DNA of 64,000 bases, taken from positions 154,514-218,513 of the forward strand of contig JAQUQW010000002.1 of NCBI GenBank assembly GCA_028716245.1, given 5' to 3'. The position numbers were made by a program, and so were the translations under genes. The DNA comes from Candidatus Omnitrophota bacterium (GTDB taxonomy: Bacteria; Omnitrophota; Gorgyraeia; Gygaellales; Profunditerraquicolaceae). This document shows, one piece after another, positions 9,445 to 18,600 of the stretch. Every line of letters begins with the position of its first letter. The first letter of the stretch is position 1. Under the pieces are notes generated by a model, which was not told the origin of the DNA, ran no database searches, and saw only the letters and a program-made list of their open reading frames with translations.

Positions 9445-10009
9445 GTTTTCTTTATTCCTGATTAGCGTATCCTGCCTCTTGAGCGCTGTTTTGGCCGGTT
9501 GCGGCTATACTACCCGTTCAATGATTTCCGGAAAATACAAAACAATCTACATAACTCCTTTCCTGAATAAAGTAGATATAACTCAGGAGGTTTATTCTGC
9601 CAATAAATATCGTCTTTACCGGCCGATACTGGAAACAGATATCACCAAGAAGGTAATTAACCGCTATCTTTTCGACGGGAATCTCAAACCGGTGAAAGAG
9701 GATCGGGCGGATTTGGTGCTTAAAGGGGAATTGATTGAATACCGTAAAGACCCCTTAAGTTATACTGCAGATAATAATGATGTTACCGAATACCGCATCA
9801 ATATTAACGTGAATTTAAGCCTCTGGGACACTAGAGAGAATAAACTGGTCTGGCAGGAGAATAATTTTAATGGTAACTATTCTTATTTTGTCAAAACTCC
9901 CACGATAAATCCAGGGAACGTGGTGGTGGTATCCGAAGATGCAGCGGTAACCAATGCTGTCGAGGATTTGGCCCGCCGGATTGTCGAGCGTACAGTTGAA
10001 CAATGGTAA
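9428..10009 (+). CDS. lptE: LPS-assembly lipoprotein LptE-like
   Basis: 193 aa lipoprotein with lipobox LAGCGY. The E. coli-like leuS-lptE-holA neighbourhood is retained (holA follows directly). Confidence 0.55.
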   Translation: MKKRIKFSLFLISVSCLLSAVLAGCGYTTRSMISGKYKTIYITPFLNKVDITQEVYSANKYRLYRPILETDITKKVINRYLFDGNLKPVKEDRADLVLKGELIEYRKDPLSYTADNNDVTEYRININVNLSLWDTRENKLVWQENNFNGNYSYFVKTPTINPGNVVVVSEDAAVTNAVEDLARRIVERTVEQW

Positions 10010-10010
10010 T

Positions 10011-10649
10011 ATGGTTTATTTGCTTATCGGCCAGGATATCGCGGCCAAAGAAACCCAGCTTAAGAAAATAAAGCAGGAACTCCTTCCAAAAGAGCTGCAA
10101 GATTTCAATCTCGATACCTTATACGCTAAAGAAGTAACCTTAAAAGATATCCAGGAGCGCCTTTTGGCCATTCCGCTAAAAAGCGCTAAAAGAATTATGG
10201 TGATTAAAGACGCGCATTTTCTTAACACGGAATCCCGCAATTTCCTCTTGAGCTATGCCAAAAAACCGCATCAACAATTAGTCCTGGTTTTGGATTTCCA
10301 GCAGCATGATTATAAGGATGAATTTATTAAGGCCGTATCCGCGCATGCCTCGATACTGCGTTTTAAGGAGATAACCGTTCCGGACACCTTTGTTTTAAAC
10401 CGGCAGATTGAATTAAGGAAAACTGATTATGCCCTGCGCATATTAAATCAGCTCCTTAAGGAGGGAGAGGCCCCGGAGCGTATCCTCGGAGGCTTGCGTT
10501 TTGCCTGGGAAAAGCAGGATATTCAGACCCCGGCAGCCAAGCGGAAACTCAAGCTCCTGCTTAGCTGCGATATTGAAATAAAGACAGGCAGGTTGCGGCC
10601 TGCCTTTGCTTTGGAAAAATTAGTGGTTAGTTTATGCGGATTTGCTTAA
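10011..10649 (+). CDS. holA: DNA polymerase III delta subunit (HolA)-like, short
   Basis: VYLLIGQD start and IMVIKDAHFLN match the HolA N-terminal domains. Position after lptE fits. Only about 213 aa, so a C-terminal domain may be missing. Confidence 0.5.
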   Translation: MVYLLIGQDIAAKETQLKKIKQELLPKELQDFNLDTLYAKEVTLKDIQERLLAIPLKSAKRIMVIKDAHFLNTESRNFLLSYAKKPHQQLVLVLDFQQHDYKDEFIKAVSAHASILRFKEITVPDTFVLNRQIELRKTDYALRILNQLLKEGEAPERILGGLRFAWEKQDIQTPAAKRKLKLLLSCDIEIKTGRLRPAFALEKLVVSLCGFA

Positions 10650-10895
10650 GCGGCGCATCAGGCGTGATTTTTTGCGGTTAGCCGCCCCAGCGGGAATTAT
10701 ATTTTTCTTGGCCGCCTTATCTAGCTGGGAAAAGACCCTGGAAATAAATGTTTTGGCTTCAGCGACGCTTTTTTTAGCAATTAACTCCTGAAATTTTTTG
10801 ACGGATTTTTTAAGTTGCACCTTGACCTTAAGATTACGGGTATGTTTTCTTTTATTTACGCGGTTGCTTTTTAATGATGTTTTGCGTCTTGGCAT
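10632..10895 (-). CDS. rpsT: 30S ribosomal protein S20
   Basis: Basic 87-aa protein MPRRKTSLKSNRVNKRKHTRN...KAAKKNIIPAGAANRKKSRL. Start ATG lies 5 nt downstream of the conserved leader element. Confidence 0.8.
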   Translation of the reverse strand: MPRRKTSLKSNRVNKRKHTRNLKVKVQLKKSVKKFQELIAKKSVAEAKTFISRVFSQLDKAAKKNIIPAGAANRKKSRLMRRLSKSA

Positions 10896-10900
10896 ATATT

Positions 10901-10950
10901 CTCCTTGCCCACAAGGGCACACCCGCGCAATACCTTATAAGCGCGGGGTG
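10901..10950 (-). repeat. Conserved 5-prime leader element, copy G (upstream of rpsT)
   Basis: Minus-strand sequence CACCCCGCGCTTATAAGGTATTGCGCGGGTGTGCCCTTGTGGGCAAGGAG matches the 6 other copies. Confidence 0.8.
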
Positions 10951-10987
10951 TTTGGTTAATCGAAGGTAATATTATTAGCATAATTAA

Positions 10988-12544
10988 TTGCCCATGTCAA
11001 CAAACAAATATTCCTTAAATAGCCAGAATCACGCGGTTGCCCGTTCAGCCGGGGTGATTAGTTTGGCTACCCTTGCCTCGCGCATCCTGGGCTTTATCCG
11101 GGACATCGTTATCGCCCGGCTTTTTGGGATTTATGTTTATGCCCAGGCTTTTGTCATTGCTTTCCGCATACCCAACCTTTTTCGCGACCTGGTCGGTGAA
11201 GGAGCTTCTAATGCCGCGATTGTCCCGGTCTTAAGCGAATATAACCTTAAGCGCTCCAAAGAAGATTTCTGGGAGCTGGCCAATATCCTGCTTAACCTGC
11301 TGGTGGTTATCTTAAGCGTAATAACCATCCTGGGGATTATTTTTTCTCCGTTGATTGTGCGCCTGATTGCCCCCGGATTTATTGCTTCCCCGGATAAATT
11401 GCAGGCAACCATTAATTTAAACCGGATCATCTTCCCCTATATACTGCTTATCGGCCTGGCGGCTTATGCCATGGCTGTGCTTAACTCGCTGAAGAATTTT
11501 ACGGTTTCGGCATTCGCGCCCTGCCTTTTAAATATTTCGATAATCATCTGCGCCATGCTTTTGGGGGAAGGTATAAAGGGCCTGGCGACCGGAGTTCTGC
11601 TTGGCGGCATCCTGCAGTTGGCAGTGCAGGTTCCGGTTTTATATAAGAAGGGATTGCGCCCAAAACTCAGCTTTTGTTTTAAACATCCCGGGTTAATCGA
11701 GATTAAAAGATTAATGCTCCCCCGGTTGGCCAGCTCCAGCATTTACCAGCTGAATAATTTTGTGGATTCGATTTTCGGTTCATTGGCAGTTGTTGTCGGG
11801 GAAGGAGGGGTAGCCGTGCTTTATTTTGCCTATCGGCTGATCCAGTTTCCCATCGGTATTTTTAGTAATGCCATTGCCCAGGCAATCCTGCCCACGTTCT
11901 CGACGCAGGTATTAGAAGAGAGCCGCGAGAACCTTAAAATCACCCTCTCCTGGGGATTACGCGCCGTTTTTTTTGTGATGTTGCCGATAAGCGCGCTTTT
12001 TATGGTTTTGGCCCAGCCTTTGGTTTTTACTTTTTTTGGCGGCGGCAGGTTTGATTCTCATTCGGGTTTCTTAACTAGCAATGCCTTATTTTTCTATAGT
12101 ATCGGCTTGTGTGCTTACGGGGGTACAAAAATATTACAATGCTGTTTTTTTGCCCTCAGGGATACGGTTACTCCGACAAAAGTAGCCGGCCTTGCCCTGG
12201 TGATGAATATTATTCTTAATACGCTTTTGATGTTTCCGCTTAAGCTCGGCGGCCTGGCTTTGGCCACCTCGATTTCCGGAATAGTTGCTTTTTTCTTCTT
12301 GTTTTTCATTCTGGCCAGGCGCCTGGGGGGATTTGGAGAACCTCAAATATTATTTTCGTTTTTGCGTATTTTTGCCGCCGCCGTTTGTATGGCCGGGGTC
12401 TGTTTCCTGGTGAACCAGGCGTTAAACCTTGGCTGGGCGTTATTTTGCGGGGTTCTATCTTATATTGTTTTTTGTTTTCTTTTTGGCGTAGTTGAGTTAA
12501 AAGAGCTTATACGGAAATCTTTATGGGGAAGGCAGAGAATTTAA
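10988..12544 (+). CDS. murJ: Lipid II flippase MurJ/MviN
   Basis: 518 aa, 14-TM protein. N-terminal SAGVISLATLASRILGFIRDIVIARLFG is the MurJ signature. Confidence 0.85.
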   Translation: MPMSTNKYSLNSQNHAVARSAGVISLATLASRILGFIRDIVIARLFGIYVYAQAFVIAFRIPNLFRDLVGEGASNAAIVPVLSEYNLKRSKEDFWELANILLNLLVVILSVITILGIIFSPLIVRLIAPGFIASPDKLQATINLNRIIFPYILLIGLAAYAMAVLNSLKNFTVSAFAPCLLNISIIICAMLLGEGIKGLATGVLLGGILQLAVQVPVLYKKGLRPKLSFCFKHPGLIEIKRLMLPRLASSSIYQLNNFVDSIFGSLAVVVGEGGVAVLYFAYRLIQFPIGIFSNAIAQAILPTFSTQVLEESRENLKITLSWGLRAVFFVMLPISALFMVLAQPLVFTFFGGGRFDSHSGFLTSNALFFYSIGLCAYGGTKILQCCFFALRDTVTPTKVAGLALVMNIILNTLLMFPLKLGGLALATSISGIVAFFFLFFILARRLGGFGEPQILFSFLRIFAAAVCMAGVCFLVNQALNLGWALFCGVLSYIVFCFLFGVVELKELIRKSLWGRQRI

Positions 12545-13767
12545 GAGAAAAGATTTTATCGGCTCCGGACTCTGCGGGTGTTTATTTGATGCGCGATAGC
12601 CGCGGAGAAGTGCTTTATGTCGGCAAGGCCAATTCACTGAAAAAGAGGCTTTTTAGTTATCTGGCTAAGGATTTAGACGATAAAACAGCGGCCTTAATGT
12701 CTAGGGTAACCAATCTGGAACTTAAGTTATCCGCTAATGAAGCGATGGCCTTATTACTGGAGGCCAGCCTTATCCATAATCTTAAACCCAAATACAATAT
12801 TTCTCTTAAAGATGACAAAAGTTTTCCTTTGGTTAAAATTTCCGGCGAGGAATTTCCGTCAATTTCTATTACGCGTAAAAAAAATGGAGCTGCCGGACAA
12901 TACCTGGGCCCCTATACCAACGCCAAACTCCTGAAAAATGCCCTTAAAATTATCCGGCATAGTTTTGGGTACCGCTCCTGCCGGCGCCTGCCCAAACAGA
13001 GCTGTATTTATTACCGGATCAATCTCTGCCCGGCTCCCTGTATCGGTAAGATCAGCCCTAAAGAATATAAGGCCCTCATTGATAAAATTATTTTTGTTTT
13101 AAAGGGCCGAACGGATTTGTTAATCCGCAAGCTGAATAAATCAATGCGGGATAAATCCCAAACTCAGGATTTTAAGGCAGCCGCCAGGATCCGCGATCAG
13201 ATTATTGTTTTATCTGAAATGTCGGCAGCTCCGGGCAAATTCACCCGCCGGGGGGAATTAGAGGATTTAAAAAACAGGCTGGGTTTGAAAAATCTGCCTA
13301 AAAGGATCGAGGGGTTTGATATTTCCAATATTTCGGGAAAACAATCCGTTGGTTCAATGGTCAGTTTTAAAAATGGCAGCGCGGATAAAAATAACTACCG
13401 CCGTTTTCGCATAAAGACGTTTGCCGGGATTAATGATTATAAAATGCTTGCGGAGGTGGTGGCCCGGCGCTATAGTAGGCTGGCCAAGGAAAAGGCGGCC
13501 CTGCCGGATCTCCTGCTTATCGACGGAGGCAGGGGGCATCTTTTGGCCGCTTCTTCAGAATTAAGAAGGCTCAACCTTGCCATCCCCCTGGCGAGCATTG
13601 CTAAAGAAAAAGAGAATATTTATAGCAGCCGGAAATCTGGCGTTTTAGTTTTTCCTAAAGATACGCCAGCGATAAATTTAATCCGCCGCATACGCGATGA
13701 GGCGCATCGGTTTGCTTTGAGTTATCACCGTATCTTGCGCGGAAAAGAGATATTTAAAAAATGTTAA
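12523..13767 (+). CDS. uvrC: UvrC-like excinuclease subunit (GIY-YIG + UVR + RNase H-like endonuclease domains) lacking the C-terminal (HhH)2 domain
   Basis: GVYLMRDSRGEVLYVGKANSLKKR (GIY-YIG), AAARIRDQI (UVR), IEGFDISNISGKQSVGSMVSF...YRRFRIK (endonuclease domain). Ends at 414 aa. Confidence 0.7.
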   Translation: MGKAENLREKILSAPDSAGVYLMRDSRGEVLYVGKANSLKKRLFSYLAKDLDDKTAALMSRVTNLELKLSANEAMALLLEASLIHNLKPKYNISLKDDKSFPLVKISGEEFPSISITRKKNGAAGQYLGPYTNAKLLKNALKIIRHSFGYRSCRRLPKQSCIYYRINLCPAPCIGKISPKEYKALIDKIIFVLKGRTDLLIRKLNKSMRDKSQTQDFKAAARIRDQIIVLSEMSAAPGKFTRRGELEDLKNRLGLKNLPKRIEGFDISNISGKQSVGSMVSFKNGSADKNNYRRFRIKTFAGINDYKMLAEVVARRYSRLAKEKAALPDLLLIDGGRGHLLAASSELRRLNLAIPLASIAKEKENIYSSRKSGVLVFPKDTPAINLIRRIRDEAHRFALSYHRILRGKEIFKKC

Positions 13768-14753
13768 CCCCGTTAGAGAAAAATCATACCCCAAGAGAAC
13801 ATGGTTCTTTAGCGGGGTTAAATTTTCAAAGGATAAGAGGGACCTTGTTTTATTTAAGCGTATTTTTGTTTTTTGCCGGCCTGCCGCTTATTCTTTCTTT
13901 TGCTTTAGGGTATAAATTTAACGCGCGTACTTTAAAATTCACCAAGACCGGGCTGATTTTTGTCAAGACCCAGCCCGACGGGGCAAAGATATACCTTAAC
14001 GGGAAGCTTCTCCCCCAAAAAAGCCCGGCAAGTATGCAGGAGCTGGTCCCCGGTGTTTATAAAGTTACCATAGAATTAAAGCAGCATTATCCCTGGAAAG
14101 GGGAAGTCGATGTTGAGGCAGGCAAGATCAGCCGCCTGGATAAGGTTATCCTTTTTCCGTTGCGGCCCAACCTGCAGCAGTTAAACCAGGAAAAGTTTTC
14201 TTCTTTTCACATTGATACTGAAAAGAAACTAATTTATTATCTGGATCAGGAAAATAAGGTTGTTTACCGGTCGGATTTAGAGGCAAACAATTTTGAGGAT
14301 GTGGCAAGCTTACCTGAAAAATTCACGCAGATTGCCGGTTGGCAGGTTTCTGAGGATAAAAGAAAACTGTTTGTTTTTAATCCGCATCAGATTAGCGTGG
14401 TTTTTTTTGATAATCAGGGTGATTATGGGTACCCGGATTCCCCCGTGTTCTTGGATTACCCGCAGGAGAAGATCGCCAATGTTTTTTGGCATTCGGACAG
14501 CTACCATTTAATCGTCCTGACCGACAGGCACGTCCAGGTAATTGAATCCAGGGCGAGGGCCTTGCCGGTTAATTTGGTGGAATTAAATAAGGAAGGGGCA
14601 TCGGCATTTTATGACAGCCAAGAAAACGCGCTTTATTTTAGCGACAGCCAAAGAAGCCCCGATGGCAGTTTTTATAATAACCTGTATAAGCTGGATTTAA
14701 GCCCCAGTTTTCTTTTATTGGAAAGGTTGATGAAAAAGAAGGCAAATGGATAA
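13761..14753 (+). CDS. Membrane-anchored PEGA-domain protein
   Basis: One TM segment, then a PEGA-like beta-sandwich (GAKIYLNGKLL...PGVYKVTIELKQHYPW). Confidence 0.45.
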   Translation: MLTPLEKNHTPREHGSLAGLNFQRIRGTLFYLSVFLFFAGLPLILSFALGYKFNARTLKFTKTGLIFVKTQPDGAKIYLNGKLLPQKSPASMQELVPGVYKVTIELKQHYPWKGEVDVEAGKISRLDKVILFPLRPNLQQLNQEKFSSFHIDTEKKLIYYLDQENKVVYRSDLEANNFEDVASLPEKFTQIAGWQVSEDKRKLFVFNPHQISVVFFDNQGDYGYPDSPVFLDYPQEKIANVFWHSDSYHLIVLTDRHVQVIESRARALPVNLVELNKEGASAFYDSQENALYFSDSQRSPDGSFYNNLYKLDLSPSFLLLERLMKKKANG

Positions 14754-16239
14754 GAGAGCATGCTTAAGGCGTATCTTTGAAATTATACCCGGAGGATTAT
14801 CTTGGGGGATAATCATTTCGTTAATCCTGTTGTCTATTGTGCATCCGGTAGCCAGCGCGATAATAATTATTACTTTTGATTTCTATTGGATTATCCGTAC
14901 GGTTTATCTGACCACTCTTTTGATTATGGCCCATCACCGGCTTTTCCGGCTTCGGGGCGAGGACTGGTTGCAGCGTTGTTTGAGTCTGCCCGAGGATAAA
15001 GGCTTCTTGCAGTTATATCAATTGGTCATATTTCCGGTTTATAATGAGGGCCTGGAGGTTTTGCGGCCGTCTTTGTCCTCTTTAAGCAGGAGCCATTATC
15101 CGAAAGAAAAGATCATCGTCGTTATGGCTTTTGAAGAACGCAATATCCACGCGCATGATAATGCTTTAGTTTTGGAAAAAGAATTTGGAGGCCGGTTCGG
15201 CGCCTATTTGTCCACCTTTCATCCTGATGGTTTAGCCGGCGATGCCCGTACCAAAGGGGCAAATGCCACCTGGAGCGCTAAAGCCGCCAGAAAGTTCATC
15301 GATAGCCGCAGGATTGCTTATGAAGATGTCGTCGTTTCCTGTTTTGATGCGGATACCTGTGTTGAACCGGAATATTTCGGCTGCCTGGCCTATCATTTCT
15401 TAACTTCCGATAAGAGGCATCAGGCAAGTTACCAGCCGATGCCGGTCTATAACAATAATATCTGGCAGGCGCCTTCCTTTGCCAGGTTAGTTGAAATCAG
15501 CAGTTCATTTTGCCAGTTGATCGAAAGCATGCGTTTGGAAAAGTTTGTTACCTTCTCCAGCCACAGCATGAGTTTTAAGACGCTGGTGGAGGTGGATTAT
15601 TGGCCGACGAATATGATCTCCGATGATTCGGTGATCTATTGGAAAGGATACTTGCATTATAACGGAGATTACCGGGTGGTCCCGTTATATATTACGGTTT
15701 CCATGGATGTGGCTTACTCCAGCAATATCTGGCGGACCATTGTTGTGCAGTATAAGCAGAAGAGAAGATGGGCCTGGGGGGTGGAGAATTTTCCTTTTGT
15801 CGCAGACGGATTTATAAAAAATAAGAATATTCCGTTTTTCAATAAATTGAGGAGGTTATTCCATCTTTTAGAAAGCCATGTTACCTGGGCCGTCTGGGCG
15901 CTTATCCTGGTGGTGATCGGATACCTGCCCATGCTTTTTGGCGGGGCTTTTTTTAGCCAGATGGCCATTGCTTATAATTTACCGAAAATCACCGGGTTAT
16001 TGTTCCAGTTCACTTTATTGACCAGTTTGACCTGGATATTTTTAAGCTGGACAATTTTACCGCCGCGGCCTAAAGGGGTCAGTTGGCTTAAGAATGTACT
16101 TTTGGTTTTGGAGTGGGTTTTTGTTCCGTTTATAATCTTGATTGTCGGATCCTTTCCGGCAATTGATGCCCAGAGCCGGCTGATGTTTGCCAAATATATG
16201 GAATTTAATCCTACGTTAAAAGGGGATAAGGTGTTATAA
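14746..16239 (+). CDS. GT2-family processive membrane glycosyltransferase (DxD and QxxRW motifs)
   Basis: CFDADT (DxD) and QYKQKRRWAWG (QxxRW). TM helices flank a cytoplasmic GT-A domain, as in cellulose/chitin-synthase-like enzymes. Confidence 0.65.
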   Translation: MDKRACLRRIFEIIPGGLSWGIIISLILLSIVHPVASAIIIITFDFYWIIRTVYLTTLLIMAHHRLFRLRGEDWLQRCLSLPEDKGFLQLYQLVIFPVYNEGLEVLRPSLSSLSRSHYPKEKIIVVMAFEERNIHAHDNALVLEKEFGGRFGAYLSTFHPDGLAGDARTKGANATWSAKAARKFIDSRRIAYEDVVVSCFDADTCVEPEYFGCLAYHFLTSDKRHQASYQPMPVYNNNIWQAPSFARLVEISSSFCQLIESMRLEKFVTFSSHSMSFKTLVEVDYWPTNMISDDSVIYWKGYLHYNGDYRVVPLYITVSMDVAYSSNIWRTIVVQYKQKRRWAWGVENFPFVADGFIKNKNIPFFNKLRRLFHLLESHVTWAVWALILVVIGYLPMLFGGAFFSQMAIAYNLPKITGLLFQFTLLTSLTWIFLSWTILPPRPKGVSWLKNVLLVLEWVFVPFIILIVGSFPAIDAQSRLMFAKYMEFNPTLKGDKVL

Positions 16240-16247
16240 TATTTTTT

Positions 16248-16297
16248 CACTCCGCGCTTATAAGGTATTGCGCGGGTGTGCCCTTGTGGGCAGGAGG
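16248..16297 (+). repeat. Conserved 5-prime leader element, copy A (upstream of pilT), preceded by an extended -10 promoter
   Basis: TGtTATAAT at 16232-16240 predicts a TSS near 16247. The element CACTCCGCGCTTATAAGGTATTGCGCGGGTGTGCCCTTGTGGGCAGGAGG follows and ends 4 nt before the ATG. Confidence 0.8.
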
Positions 16298-16301
16298 AAA
16301 A

Positions 16302-17375
16302 ATGGATATCAAGAAATTAATGCGAGAGATGGTGGACAGGAATGCCTCGGATCTTTTTTACCGGGCCGGAGGCACTCCTCGTCTGCGCATTGACGGCAAG
16401 ATCGTTTCTATGGATACCAGGGTTTTAAGCGTAGAAGAGGTTATGTTTGCCACTGAACAACTGGCCAATACCAAGCAGTTGGAAGTTTTTAGAAACTACC
16501 TGGATGTGGATTTTGCAGTATACCTGGAGGAATTCGGCCGCCGTTTCCGGATAAGTATATTTACGCAAAGAAATTGGCCTTCAATTGTTATTCGAAATGT
16601 GCATAACACTATATCTACATTCGAAGAGCTGAACCTTCCTGCTGAAATATTTAAAAAACTCTCAATGGAAACCCGCGGCCTTGTGCTTATGACCGGAAGT
16701 ATGGGCAGCGGCAAGTCCACCACGATTGCCAGCATGATCGAATATATCAATAATAACTCCAAAAAGCACATCTTAACTGCCGAGGAGCCGATTGAATTTA
16801 CTTTCGAAGATAAACAGTCAATTATAAACCAGCGGGAACTGGGGGTCGATGTTACAACTTATTCTACCGCCCTGCGCGCCTTTACCTTGCAGAGCCCGGA
16901 TGTGATGTTTATCGGCAATATCCGCGATTATGAAACCGTCTCTAGCGCTATAGCTGCTGCGGAGACCGGAGTTTTGGTCTTGAGTACTTTGCACACGATT
17001 AATGCTTCTCAGTCCGTGGAGAGATTGATTAACTTTTTTCCTCCACATCAGCATCAGGAGGTAAGGAATCAATTAGCCTCGCTGCTCAAAGGGGTAATTT
17101 CATTGCGCCTGGTGCCGGCCAAACACGGTATCGGAAGAGTCCCCGCTTATGAGATTATGCTTTTGACTCCCACGATCAGCCGCTTGATCCGCGAAGGGAA
17201 GATTTGGGAGATCCCCGATTTTATCGACGATGGAGCGGTATTCGGCATGCAGTCATTTACCCAGTCCTTGGTTAAATTAGTGCACGAAGGTAAAATAAGT
17301 CCAGAGGATGCCGCGCTTGCTGCGGATAGCCGCGAAGAATTTATGCTGGCTTACAAGGGGATCAAGAAATCTTAA
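16302..17375 (+). CDS. pilT: Type IV pilus retraction ATPase PilT
   Basis: Walker A GSMGSGKST, Walker B region, His box (LSTLHT), PilT-specific AIRNLIRE-like RLIREGK. Confidence 0.85.
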   Translation: MDIKKLMREMVDRNASDLFYRAGGTPRLRIDGKIVSMDTRVLSVEEVMFATEQLANTKQLEVFRNYLDVDFAVYLEEFGRRFRISIFTQRNWPSIVIRNVHNTISTFEELNLPAEIFKKLSMETRGLVLMTGSMGSGKSTTIASMIEYINNNSKKHILTAEEPIEFTFEDKQSIINQRELGVDVTTYSTALRAFTLQSPDVMFIGNIRDYETVSSAIAAAETGVLVLSTLHTINASQSVERLINFFPPHQHQEVRNQLASLLKGVISLRLVPAKHGIGRVPAYEIMLLTPTISRLIREGKIWEIPDFIDDGAVFGMQSFTQSLVKLVHEGKISPEDAALAADSREEFMLAYKGIKKS

Positions 17376-17380
17376 TAAAA

Positions 17381-17410
17381 CAGTTTCCTCTTCAGCTTGG
17401 AAACTGTTTC
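17381..17410 (+). terminator. Rho-independent terminator after pilT
   Basis: Stem CAGTTTCC/GGAAACTG, 10-nt loop, followed by TTTC. Confidence 0.5.
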
Positions 17411-17437
17411 GAAGCTAATCGGGAAATGGGGTCTAAG

Positions 17438-17489
17438 ACACCCCGCGCTTATAAGGTATTGCGCGGGTGTGCCCCTTGCGGGCAAGGAG
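17438..17489 (+). repeat. Conserved 5-prime leader element, copy B (upstream of prfB)
   Basis: ACACCCCGCGCTTATAAGGTATTGCGCGGGTGTGCCCCTTGCGGGCAAGGAG. Confidence 0.8.
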
Positions 17490-17495
17490 ATAATT

Positions 17496-18594
17496 ATGCT
17501 AGAAGAAATTAAAAGTAAGCTTAGTGAAATCGGAGTAAGGATTGAGAACCTACGAGGTTATCTTTGACGTTGCCGACAAAAAAAAGCGGATAGATATTTT
17601 ATCCGGCCAGATGTCTTCTGAAGGATTCTGGAACAACACCGAACAGTCTACCAGGATAGTCAGGGAATTAAAGGATCTTAAAGCCACGGTTGAGCCATGG
17701 GAGTTAGCCAATAAAAAATACCAGGAGTTGGCCGAACTTATTCCCTTGCTTAAAGAAAATGATCAGGATCTGGTTTTAGATTTAACCAGCAATGCCACGG
17801 CCCTTGCGTCGATAATCGATAAATTGGAATTCCAGGTGCTTTTAGGCGGCAGGCTGGATAAGAATAGCACAATCTTAAGTATCAATGCCGGAGCCGGGGG
17901 CACGGAATCCTGCGATTGGGCAGGGATGCTCTTTAGGATGTACAGCCGTTTTGCGGAAAGGCATGGCTACAGCGTAAAGACAATTGATATTCTTGCCGGA
18001 GAAGAAGCGGGGATTAAAAATATAACTATTTTAATCGAAGGCCCGTATGCCTTTGGTTATTTAAAGGCAGAGCGCGGGGTGCACCGGTTAGTGCGCATTT
18101 CGCCTTTTGACGCTAATAAACGCAGGCACACCTCTTTTGCTTCCGTAGATGTGATCCCGGAAATAGAGGAAGAGCTGGATATAAAAATCGAGGAGAAAGA
18201 CCTGCGTATCGATGTTTACCGGTCCAAGGGGGCCGGAGGCCAAAGCGTCAACACCACGGATTCAGCGGTGAGGATTACCCATATACCGACCGGGATCGTG
18301 GCGCAGTGCCAGAATGAGCGTTCGCAGTTTCAAAATAAACAGACGGCCTTAAAAATACTTAAGGCCCGTATTTATGAAGCCCAACAGGCGAAGAAGCAGG
18401 AAGAATTAAAACAGCAGGATGCGGATAAAAAGAAAATTGAGTGGGGCAGCCAGATCCGCTCTTATGTTTTGCATCCTTATAATTTGGTTAAAGACCACCG
18501 CACGGAGTTTGAAACCGGAGATAGTCAGAAAGTTTTAGACGGCGGCCTGGATGAATTTATCGAGGCTTTTCTTAAATATAGTGCCAATAAGTAG
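17496..18594 (+). CDS. prfB: Peptide chain release factor 2 with programmed +1 ribosomal frameshift (frame 0 17496-17567, frame +1 from 17566)
   Basis: Frame 0 MLEEIKSKLSEIGVRIENLRGYL stops at CTT TGA C (17562-17568), preceded by the SD-like GAGG. The +1 frame continues DVADKKKRIDIL... through SPF, GGQ (YRSKGAGGQSVNTT) and the RF2 C-terminus. Confidence 0.9.
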
Positions 18595-18600
18595 CTTGAG

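Noticed and set aside
10901-10950. Leader element as a sigma54 (-24/-12) promoter, because its reverse complement contains GGGCAC-N5-CGCAA
   Set aside because: The GG/GC spacing is off by one and the -12 TTGC is absent. The motif is also on the strand opposite to the direction of transcription.
17496-17567. prfB as a frameshifted pseudogene or two separate ORFs
   Set aside because: CTT-TGA-C with an upstream SD-like GAGG is the conserved programmed +1 frameshift of RF2.
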